Shown piece after piece: positions 56,975-64,000 of a DNA stretch of 64,000 nt. This DNA comes from a virus. The DNA lies in IMG/VR virus record IMGVR_UViG_3300020404_000006. One strand, given 5' to 3'. The position numbers and the translations under genes were made by a program. The notes below the pieces were generated by a model that saw only the letters and a list, made by a program, of their open reading frames with translations, did not search any database and was not told the origin of the DNA. How positions within the stretch are numbered: position 1 is the stretch's first letter; every line of letters starts with the position of its first letter.

Positions 56975-57233
56975 TAATACCTCTGTTAGCTAAACGACCT
57001 TTTACCCCAGCAGTTTTCTCAGATTTTTTGAGAATCTCACTCCAGCCTGGATGTTTGTTGTTGAGTTTATCTCTCCACTCTCCAACCTCTCCTACGCCTG
57101 GCATTGTGGATGGATCTGAGTAATCCCTTGTCCAATCGGGATTATCCTCTCTCCATTTGTCCCACTTCATAATACTCATTACAACCTCTTTCTGTTCACC
57201 AGTTTTTGTGTTGACTACAGGGTATGTTGCCAT
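56964..57233 (-). CDS. Cyanophage conserved hypothetical protein
   Basis: MATYPVVNTKTGEQKE; located between thyX and phoH. Confidence 0.7.
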   Translation of the reverse strand: MATYPVVNTKTGEQKEVVMSIMKWDKWREDNPDWTRDYSDPSTMPGVGEVGEWRDKLNNKHPGWSEILKKSEKTAGVKGRLANRGINVN

Positions 57234-57922
57234 TAAGTTTGTTCTCCGTGAAGTTCTTTTTTGATTTGTTTTTGAATTTCAACCACACCATTTCTCCATT
57301 CTAATGCCTCAGAAACGATTGGAAACTCTTCTATAAAGACAGTTTTACATGCCTGTGCAATGTCCATGTGTTCCTTTTGAGTTCCATGAGCGGATCTCAG
57401 TTCAATATAATGAATCCATGATCTGCAAGAACCTGTCATGTAGATTCTTGTCGGTGTGCAAAGTGGTAAGACCATTCTGGCACATTCTTTTGCAACTCCT
57501 TCCACTAACATCTGTTGATATAAGGCGGTTGCAGAGTCAAACAAAGTTTTCATTTGTAGTTCCAACTTCTGTCTGACAAACTCGTCAAGATCGTCTGTTG
57601 AGTTTTGACGATTCTTTAAATCTTGTTTCCTAAGTTTAGGAATAGGGATTACTCCCAACTGTGTACTATCAGCATATCGTTGGGAAAACTCTTGAAATGT
57701 AAATGATCTATGCCTCAGTATTTGAGCCGCTATAGCCCTTGTTGTCTCTATCTCTAGAGTCATGCTAGACTGTTCAAATACAGACCAATGTTGATGATTG
57801 ATACAATACTTGAGAAGTCCAGCAAACTTCTCATTATCTTGGTTGGATGGATTTGAAACTCTGGCGATATGTGCCATTGTTTTTTCTGCATCTGGTGTGA
57901 TACTTACCAGTTTTACGGTCAT
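57233..57922 (-). CDS. thyX: Flavin-dependent thymidylate synthase
   Basis: HWSVFE, RHRSFTFQEFSQRY, KECARMVLP. Confidence 0.95.
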   Translation of the reverse strand: MTVKLVSITPDAEKTMAHIARVSNPSNQDNEKFAGLLKYCINHQHWSVFEQSSMTLEIETTRAIAAQILRHRSFTFQEFSQRYADSTQLGVIPIPKLRKQDLKNRQNSTDDLDEFVRQKLELQMKTLFDSATALYQQMLVEGVAKECARMVLPLCTPTRIYMTGSCRSWIHYIELRSAHGTQKEHMDIAQACKTVFIEEFPIVSEALEWRNGVVEIQKQIKKELHGEQT

Positions 57923-58068
57923 AATTCCTCTATTTGGTCTCCATACGTCACTTTTTGTTTTTCATGATCAGAGGAATATTGAGATAAATCTGAATAAACC
58001 TCAGACTCAAGTGCCTCTACGAGTAACTTTAAGTTTTTTACAATGAGTTTTAGTTTTGCTTTTTCCAT
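57919..58068 (-). CDS. Small hypothetical protein (MEKAKLKLIVKNLKLLVEALESEVYSD...)
   Basis: Hand-translated 49-aa ORF filling the gap. Confidence 0.55.
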   Translation of the reverse strand: MEKAKLKLIVKNLKLLVEALESEVYSDLSQYSSDHEKQKVTYGDQIEEL

Positions 58069-58069
58069 G

Positions 58070-58552
58070 TTAGATGAAGTAATTAAGGTTAATTACGCAC
58101 CTACGAAGGGTATCAGTCGGGGAGCATCCAGCATGTAAAGTATTTGAGTTAAATACTACCATCCTGTTTGCTATACTGTCAACCTTTGTACCATCTTCAA
58201 ATCGTGTGTAACCATCATTAGTATTTACATAATATATGGAAGTGATACAATCGTCAACATCTGTGTGAAGATCATATTCTTGCCTTTCGGGTGTTCTCAT
58301 ATTTAGATTAGCCTTGATCCTGACGATTGAAACAGGTTCCAACTCGTTTAGGATAGGCATAAGGTTGTAGAAGAAAGCACTTCTAGGTTCAAACTGTGCA
58401 TAAAACACATGACAAAATTGAAAATATCCATCATCAGGTGTATTAACACCGTTACCAAATTGCCATTGAAACGAAGAATCCTCCATCATCGTTTTGCGGA
58501 GGGCTTCGTAATCATCTGGTTTTAGGAAATCATCAATTACCTTCAATTTCAT
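58070..58552 (-). CDS. 2OG-Fe(II) oxygenase-like protein, paralog of 19639..20163
   Basis: DLHTD..IYYVNTNDGYTRFEDG..TLHAG..RCVINLNY. Confidence 0.7.
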   Translation of the reverse strand: MKLKVIDDFLKPDDYEALRKTMMEDSSFQWQFGNGVNTPDDGYFQFCHVFYAQFEPRSAFFYNLMPILNELEPVSIVRIKANLNMRTPERQEYDLHTDVDDCITSIYYVNTNDGYTRFEDGTKVDSIANRMVVFNSNTLHAGCSPTDTLRRCVINLNYFI

Positions 58553-58778
58553 TCGCTTCTTTCTCTAATTGAGATACGACCTTTTCAGTGCCGTCCAAGA
58601 GTTTAACTTGAAATAGATTAGACTTCATATACTTTTTGATCTTTTTATATTTTTTCAACACTTTATTGAACTCTTCTTTATTGAGTTCTACCTTTCCTTG
58701 TTTAGCATCACCAGTATATTTGCTACCAGCAACGTTTCTACCATCTCCCATAGGAGAAGATCCACTAAATTCACCCAT
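58533..58778 (-). CDS. Hypothetical protein
   Basis: ORF track. Confidence 0.55.
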   Translation of the reverse strand: MGEFSGSSPMGDGRNVAGSKYTGDAKQGKVELNKEEFNKVLKKYKKIKKYMKSNLFQVKLLDGTEKVVSQLEKEANEIEGN

Positions 58779-58941
58779 TTACAATATCTCCCTCAAAGTT
58801 CATCATAGCCAACAAAGTATCATATGGAATCCATGCAGGGTCTTCATTCTCGAACTGCACTTCTACTTCCTTGATATTTTTCTGTAAGAATCTGCTATAT
58901 GAGGTTCTTACATTTTTCACAACACTCATAGGATTAATCAT
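58771..58941 (-). CDS. Small hypothetical protein (VEVQFENEDPAWIPYDTL)
   Basis: Hand-translated 56-aa ORF. Confidence 0.5.
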   Translation of the reverse strand: MINPMSVVKNVRTSYSRFLQKNIKEVEVQFENEDPAWIPYDTLLAMMNFEGDIVNG

Positions 58942-59237
58942 TTACGTTTTTGTGGTTTTTTAGCTGGTGTTTTTTTCTTATCTGGATTGAGCATATCCTC
59001 ATTCCAGAGTTTAGGATTGATACTGCCTCTAGATTGAACCCATCCCTGTAGTCCTGTTTTATACTTATCGTAATAGTAATCAAACATTTCCACTTGTTTT
59101 TGACATAAAGTTACGTCATAACACACTTTGTCGTCCTTTACATAAGTTACAAGATATGCCGTGTAAGGCAACTTTGGATTTTCTGCTAGTTTTGGATCGC
59201 AATTTTCGTGTAGGATTTTCAACTTCGGTTCCCCCAA
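58938..59237 (-). CDS. Cyanophage conserved hypothetical protein
   Basis: LPYTAYLVTY..YD..FDYYYDKY..G.INPKLW. Confidence 0.7.
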   Translation of the reverse strand: MGEPKLKILHENCDPKLAENPKLPYTAYLVTYVKDDKVCYDVTLCQKQVEMFDYYYDKYKTGLQGWVQSRGSINPKLWNEDMLNPDKKKTPAKKPQKRK

Positions 59238-59803
59238 GTAATTTCTGGATAGGCTTCTGACACTAACTCCTTAGTGATGTTATATTTGGTGTTGAGAGCT
59301 TTATCTTTCACAAGAACAAGGATTTCTGCCTCTGGTTGAGGTAGAGTCTGGAGAATATTAATAAAAATAGACTCTCTCTTGATCTTGTTAAGTTGGTCGT
59401 CTCCACCCTTCACAAAACGGTAGAACTGTCTTGCAGCATTACGAATAGTTGTTCTCTGAGGAACACCCTGTTCTTTAGATGCCTGCACATCACCCTCTAC
59501 AGGTTGATATGGGACGTTTCCATCTGGAAGTACGGAAATGACTGATTCATCAAAGTTCCAAATCATAACCATTTTGAAAGAGTCATCACCATGAGTGCGA
59601 AGAATCTCTAACTTTTTAGCCTTTACTCTTTCAGAATCGACTGCTTCTAAGAGTTCATGAACCATAGGATTTGGTGGCAGTTCTTTCTTTTTGACTGTCA
59701 CAGTCCTTGGTTTTGTTGCAGTTTTGCGAGTGGAAGTGGTTTTCTTCCTAGTTGACGCTGATCTAGTCCTCGTCGTCTTCTTCGCTGTCGTCATTGTTTT
59801 CAA
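59219..59803 (-). CDS. T4-like conserved hypothetical protein
   Basis: WNFDESVISVLPDG..F.KGG..KRESIFI..L...EAEIL...KDK. Confidence 0.75.
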   Translation of the reverse strand: MKTMTTAKKTTRTRSASTRKKTTSTRKTATKPRTVTVKKKELPPNPMVHELLEAVDSERVKAKKLEILRTHGDDSFKMVMIWNFDESVISVLPDGNVPYQPVEGDVQASKEQGVPQRTTIRNAARQFYRFVKGGDDQLNKIKRESIFINILQTLPQPEAEILVLVKDKALNTKYNITKELVSEAYPEITWGNRS

Positions 59804-59993
59804 ACCTCACGGCTACTATTTCATCAGGAATAAGATTCCCATTTTCATCATACATCTCAGGATGCGTGTACGCCACTTGATTTTGTAAGTGAACGTAATT
59901 GTTTTGTTGGGCTAACCAGCCAATTATACCACCTATCAGCAGAAACGTAAAGCAAAGTATACTAAACATGACAAGAAGTACAGTGGTTTCCAT
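59763..59993 (-). CDS. Small membrane protein
   Basis: N-terminal TM helix; HPEMYDENGNLIPDE. Confidence 0.7.
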   Translation of the reverse strand: METTVLLVMFSILCFTFLLIGGIIGWLAQQNNYVHLQNQVAYTHPEMYDENGNLIPDEIVAVRFENNDDSEEDDED

Positions 59994-60002
59994 TTTGACC
60001 TC

Positions 60003-60149
60003 CTAAGGCTGTTTCTTTTTTATGTCCAACGATAATCTGAACTCTCTATTAAATAGACTCAGTTTAATGTCGAAGAACTTTGGTTTGTTTTGGGGTTTAG
60101 GTTGTCTCTCTCCTCGGAGTATAAGTTCTACGCCCTTATTTATGTCCAT
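60003..60149 (-). CDS. Small basic hypothetical protein
   Basis: Hand-translated 48-aa ORF MDINKGVELILRGE... Confidence 0.5.
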   Translation of the reverse strand: MDINKGVELILRGERQPKPQNKPKFFDIKLSLFNREFRLSLDIKKKQP

Positions 60150-60150
60150 G

Positions 60151-60399
60151 TCAGGAGGCATCATTGGAGAAAACCCTATGTTCTTTTAGATATTTTAATG
60201 TTTGATTTGCGTTTCCGATAACCTTATTATCTAACATTACTTGAGGCAAATCAATCACATCTGGGAATTTGAGTTCAAATTCCTCTGCTGTGTAGTCTTT
60301 GTTTAATTCTTTGTAGACATAATCTCTACCTAACATTTCAAAGACCGTTTTGACCTTATAACACATGGGGCATTCTTCTTTCCCATAAATTGTAAACAT
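60151..60399 (-). CDS. Glutaredoxin (NrdC-like)
   Basis: IYGKEECPMC..LPQV..VIG. Confidence 0.85.
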   Translation of the reverse strand: MFTIYGKEECPMCYKVKTVFEMLGRDYVYKELNKDYTAEEFELKFPDVIDLPQVMLDNKVIGNANQTLKYLKEHRVFSNDAS

Positions 60400-60401
60400 A
60401 A

Positions 60402-60640
60402 TTAATACCTAATTACTTCTACTTTTTCCCACTCACATTGATAGACAAGTAAACCTCCGAGTGTTTCTTCGTTATAGCATACTGTAAAGTATGATTGTAG
60501 TTTTTTACCGTCAAGTCTCCTTTTGGGAGCGTCTTGAGAATCTACAAAAAGAACCCGACCTTCTAGTGGTTTTCCACCTAAAACATCAGGTACTCTAACT
60601 ACTGATCCTTCACGAATAGATCTCGTTTTCGCAGTGTCTA
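60402..60640 (-). CDS. Hypothetical protein (start uncertain)
   Basis: 3' part of ORF 60402..60803; the 5' part overlaps another gene. Confidence 0.4.
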
Positions 60641-60810
60641 AGAAAATGGGCTTCGATTCCGTTGGTGTCTGCTTTCCCTTGCGATACCCAGATATCGCAG
60701 AATTCGTAGAGTTGTCGGACATGAGAGAGGGTGTTGTATTTTTTGAGAGCGAGGAAGGTCTTTTGACGGATGGCCATGCGCTCTTCATTATAACGCCAGT
60801 CATTCACCAT
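60610..60810 (-). CDS. Cyanophage conserved hypothetical protein
   Basis: DWRYNEERM..YEFCDIWV. Confidence 0.65.
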   Translation of the reverse strand: MVNDWRYNEERMAIRQKTFLALKKYNTLSHVRQLYEFCDIWVSQGKADTNGIEAHFLRHCENEIYS

Positions 60811-61033
60811 CTTCCTTACTCTCCTTGATTGCTCTATCTAGTTTATCAAAGAGCCCATCGGTAGTCATCAAAGTCTCTATGTGAGATAACATACCTCCCA
60901 ACTCCCTACAAATGTAAGGTCTTTCTGTTCTTGCAGCGAAGGCGAGAGCTTCTCGAATGTTCCTCTCCGCCTCTTTCATACTGTCTTCTACTTGTTTAGA
61001 TAATGCCATCAGTTTTTCTGAATTGAATCCCAA
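60800..61033 (-). CDS. Hypothetical protein
   Basis: LREALAFAARTERP-like helix; ORF track. Confidence 0.6.
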   Translation of the reverse strand: MGFNSEKLMALSKQVEDSMKEAERNIREALAFAARTERPYICRELGGMLSHIETLMTTDGLFDKLDRAIKESKEDGE

Positions 61034-61662
61034 TCTTTCTGGAACAGGTCAAGTCCTTTGTCTGTAAGAATATGATTATACATCTTATCGAATACACCAA
61101 CAGGTAATGTACAAACATCACTACCAGCACCAAAACAACGTCCTACATGATGAACATCTCTTAGAGATGCAGAAAGAACCTGAGTTCTTGCAAGGTGTTC
61201 ACGATATACAGCAGAGATTGTCTGTACAAGTGAAACTCCAGAGAAGGAATTGTCATTCAACCTTCCAACAAAAGGAGAAACATATGTTGCATCTGCTTTT
61301 GCAGCAAGAATCGCCTGGGAAACAGAGAATACCAAAGTCACATTGGTAGTGAATCCATCGGATACAAGTAACTTACATGCTTTCAGTCCTTCAACTGTAC
61401 ATGGAACTTTGATAGTCACATTCTTCATTTCTTTGAAGACTTGAGCCTGTTCAATCATGTCCAGAGCATTATCTGCAACAACTTCAGCAGAGATAGACTC
61501 AAAATGAGGGAAGTCCTGAGAGAGTTGTCTAATGACCTCTACAGGGTCTCTACCGCTTTTGCGGATAAGTGTGGGGTTTGTAGTTACGCCGTCAATCAGA
61601 CCCGACTGGTCACGTTTGGCGATTTCATCATATTCTGCTGTGTCAAGAAAGATTTTCATCAT
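61009..61662 (-). CDS. talC: Transaldolase (TalC/FSA family)
   Basis: IFLDTA, GVTTNPTLI, VTIKVP, TNVTLVFS, YVSPFVGRL. Confidence 0.95.
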   Translation of the reverse strand: MMKIFLDTAEYDEIAKRDQSGLIDGVTTNPTLIRKSGRDPVEVIRQLSQDFPHFESISAEVVADNALDMIEQAQVFKEMKNVTIKVPCTVEGLKACKLLVSDGFTTNVTLVFSVSQAILAAKADATYVSPFVGRLNDNSFSGVSLVQTISAVYREHLARTQVLSASLRDVHHVGRCFGAGSDVCTLPVGVFDKMYNHILTDKGLDLFQKDWDSIQKN

Positions 61663-61755
61663 TTGGTTTGGGTTTTTTGTAAAGTTTCTTTATTAACTTG
61701 GCGTATTTCACGTCCTCTTCAGTATACCAGCTAGGATGCTTTTTTGCAACCTTTA

Positions 61756-61938
61756 TTAGTCGTTTTGCTGTTTTTCTCTGATCCTTTCTAATGATTTCGT
61801 CCAACATGTTCGCTCTTTTTCTCTACTCCGTGTTTTACTATTTAACACACCAGATAGGTAAAAGTACGCTTTGGAACCATAACATCCAGATTCTCTTAAC
61901 TTTCTGACAATCAAGAGTTGTTCTTCTAGTATGTTCAA
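61756..61938 (-). CDS. Small hypothetical protein
   Basis: ORF track. Confidence 0.5.
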   Translation of the reverse strand: MNILEEQLLIVRKLRESGCYGSKAYFYLSGVLNSKTRSREKERTCWTKSLERIREKQQND

Positions 61939-62129
61939 CGTCTTAGTGTCTGCAAGTAGTTCAGAACCTCCTCACGAATCCACATTAGTTCGTTATAGCA
62001 ACCTTGATTATGAGCACAAGATCTAAGTTTAGAGTCTGGTTGATGAACAGATTCAATAAAGATGTCAAGTCCACGATTCCATTTAACATCTTGAGATTCA
62101 TGTTCGTCTATCTTAAGTCTGTCATTCAT
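61935..62129 (-). CDS. Cyanophage conserved hypothetical protein
   Basis: WNRGLDIFIESV..PD..LRSCAHNQ.CY.EL. Confidence 0.7.
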   Translation of the reverse strand: MNDRLKIDEHESQDVKWNRGLDIFIESVHQPDSKLRSCAHNQGCYNELMWIREEVLNYLQTLRR

Positions 62130-62431
62130 AATTCTAAAGGTTTCGGAGGGTTTTCTGGGTGTTCGGTGCAGTATTTATCAGCACCAGTGACTATTTTTAC
62201 TTGTTCAATGGTCATCCACTGCTTTTCCATCTCCGATACCAAATAAGAAATCTTTTTGTTCTGTATATCTACAGTTTCTAAAAGATATGCAATGGTATGA
62301 GCAAGAGTTTGCCTATTACCATCCTCATCTTTGAGGTAAATTGAGTAGGATGTTCGGAATTTACGAACCAAGTGGATTCTTAGTATAACATAAAGAATCA
62401 GGTTAGTAAAGAGAATCCAGAAAAAAGTCAT
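62126..62431 (-). CDS. Membrane-anchored hypothetical protein
   Basis: N-terminal hydrophobic helix. Confidence 0.55.
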   Translation of the reverse strand: MTFFWILFTNLILYVILRIHLVRKFRTSYSIYLKDEDGNRQTLAHTIAYLLETVDIQNKKISYLVSEMEKQWMTIEQVKIVTGADKYCTEHPENPPKPLEL

Positions 62432-63120
62432 TTCTTAAATTTCGATTTAACAAATCCAAAGGTCATTTTGGCGAAACTCCACAATACTGTCATGGCAGGG
62501 TATGGATCTCCCTCTGACAATTCATTGAACATATACATGTTCAAACGAAATGCGTAATTTGCTTCAACTATTACATCATTTTTTTCTGAACTCTTTAAAG
62601 GTAGAGAATCCAGTGCTTTACGATACTTATCTTTAAAGATTTTAGAATGAGGTATTTCGTCAAACTTGTAGAAGTCAAGACCTCCATCATACAAGTTAAG
62701 TGCCTTTTGTGCAATATTCTTAAGAATCATTCCACCAGATAAGTCACCCAAGTAACGTGTGTAGTGATGTCCTACAAGTAATTCTGGTTCTACCTCTTCA
62801 ATACGAGCAATGTACTGTTTGGCAGCGGCAGAAGGAGATACTGTCTTTTTCCAATCAGATCCATAAAAATACTCACAATCTCTTGCTAAAGAATCAACTC
62901 TCTTGAGTTGATCAAAGGCAATAGGAGCGATTGCAGGGTGTTCCTTATTTTTGTCAATTTCTTTTTCAAGAGCTTGATAGACAAAATAGAAATTAGCAAC
63001 CAGTTTCCTGTAATTCTCCTTACTGATGACACCAGAGAGAAAATTGGAAACAAATCCAGTGTTTTCTGCAGCGGTATGAGAAACCTTGGTGCCTTCTTTG
63101 ATTTCTTTTGAAAAATTCAT
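62428..63120 (-). CDS. ho1: Heme oxygenase
   Basis: KEGTKVSHTAAE, LVGHHYTRYLGDLSGG, EANYAFRLNM; start reassigned to MNFSK. Confidence 0.93.
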   Translation of the reverse strand: MNFSKEIKEGTKVSHTAAENTGFVSNFLSGVISKENYRKLVANFYFVYQALEKEIDKNKEHPAIAPIAFDQLKRVDSLARDCEYFYGSDWKKTVSPSAAAKQYIARIEEVEPELLVGHHYTRYLGDLSGGMILKNIAQKALNLYDGGLDFYKFDEIPHSKIFKDKYRKALDSLPLKSSEKNDVIVEANYAFRLNMYMFNELSEGDPYPAMTVLWSFAKMTFGFVKSKFKK

Positions 63121-63242
63121 AATGTCATTATAGTGTGTCTTTCTCTTTTTGTCCAGCTGGATGGAAAGAGTATTCATTATCCCATTTAAACTTGGTATTG
63201 TTCAACACATGCTTTTTTTTAAAAAGTCTATTAAACAGTCTT

Positions 63243-63719
63243 TTAATCTTCTGAATCATTTTTCTTTATATAATCAACAAATAAAATGCCTTCTAGATGG
63301 TCAATTTCATGTTGAACTACCCTTGCGGCAATACCATCTAGTTTCCATTTCTTATATTTACCCTCTTTATTCTGGAAGGTTATTTTTATCTCTTTTGGAC
63401 GTAATACCTCCCCATTTTGGTCTGGAACGCTCAAACACCCTTCATCAAATAAGACCTTTTCTTCACTTTTCCACGTTATTTTTGGATTTACCATCAAATG
63501 AGCATATTTGCCATGTTCCTCTGTTGTCTCATCTACTATTATCACTCTTTTATTGATTCCTATCTGTGGTGCTGCTAAACCAATACCATCTGCTTCCCAC
63601 ATAGCATCACACATGTCTTTATAGAGTTCTGTCATTTCCTTTTTATCAAAAACGACTTCCTCAGAGATAACTCTGAGGCATCTATCTCCAATAGTTTTAA
63701 TCTTCTTCGGGGAAGTCAT
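63243..63719 (-). CDS. def: Peptide deformylase
   Basis: GIGLAAPQIG, EGCLS, QHEIDHL. Confidence 0.96.
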   Translation of the reverse strand: MTSPKKIKTIGDRCLRVISEEVVFDKKEMTELYKDMCDAMWEADGIGLAAPQIGINKRVIIVDETTEEHGKYAHLMVNPKITWKSEEKVLFDEGCLSVPDQNGEVLRPKEIKITFQNKEGKYKKWKLDGIAARVVQHEIDHLEGILFVDYIKKNDSED

Positions 63720-63822
63720 ATGGTCCTTTTAGTTTACGTTCTAGTTCTCTTTCATCAAGAACTTCATGTAATAGTTTTTTAATTTCTTGTTTTAATTTAT
63801 CTGAGAGCAATTCAAGAGTCAT
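63697..63822 (-). CDS. Small hypothetical protein (MTLELLSDKLKQEIK...)
   Basis: Hand-translated 41-aa ORF. Confidence 0.45.
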   Translation of the reverse strand: MTLELLSDKLKQEIKKLLHEVLDERELERKLKGPYDFPEED

Positions 63823-64000
63823 GGTCATGTCCACCAAGATTACTGAACCTCTCATTACGCCCATGTCCGTGAGCAATACCTAATTCATGCTCTCTTGCAT
63901 GTTCGGCAATTTCATCTTTGAGATCTTTACCCCCTGCACCAAAAGTCATGTATAGTCCGTACACAACTGTTGCCAGTAGTAAAACACCTAAAAATACTGC
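63812..64000 (-). CDS. psbN: PsbN-like membrane protein, 5' end outside the window
   Basis: ..LLLATVVYGLYMTFGAGGKDLKDEIAEH..; TM helix plus Y..FG..L.D..EEH-like pattern; His-rich tail. Confidence 0.6.
   Translation of the reverse strand, partial: AVFLGVLLLATVVYGLYMTFGAGGKDLKDEIAEHAREHELGIAHGHGRNERFSNLGGHDHDS

Noticed and set aside
26205-57922. Introns or inteins in large or core genes (tail gene, thyX, phoH, gp32)
   Set aside because: Frames are continuous and of expected length; no intein splice motifs or homing endonuclease insertions were noticed.
60641-60803. 5' part of ORF 60402..60803 as coding
   Set aside because: Fully overlaps the more plausible gene 60610..60810 in another frame; the real start is probably later.

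Overview
A 64-kb segment of an AT-rich T4-like marine cyanophage (Kyanoviridae-type myovirus, probably infecting Prochlorococcus or Synechococcus). It has four parts. (1) At ~2.4-17.5 kb, a minus-strand cluster of dozens of small early genes. About 20 copies of a 24-bp palindrome (TGTGMCASTT-N3-AAASTGKCACA) punctuate it, 19 of them 29-30 nt upstream of a minus-strand -10 box. The cluster also holds two ORF-less structured RNA candidates and a candidate origin. (2) At ~17.5-36.8 kb, an accessory block with many 2OG-Fe(II) oxygenases, a DUF262+HNH (GmrSD-like) nuclease, glycine-rich and giant tail-fibre-like genes, and a circularly permuted (two-piece) tmRNA gene with an unusual tag peptide. (3) At ~36.9-53.6 kb, a baseplate/tail module (gp5, hub proteins, gp51, gp26, gp54-like, gp4, gp2, gp48, gp53) with cp12 embedded. 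(4) At ~53.6-64 kb, replication and auxiliary metabolic genes (gp32, gp33, exonuclease, phoH, thyX, glutaredoxin, talC, ho1, def, psbN-like). The best novelty candidates are the phage two-piece tmRNA with an extended, non-AA-ending tag, the palindrome-promoter cassette system, and the two structured RNAs it appears to drive. All protein calls come from motif recognition by eye; no database search was run.
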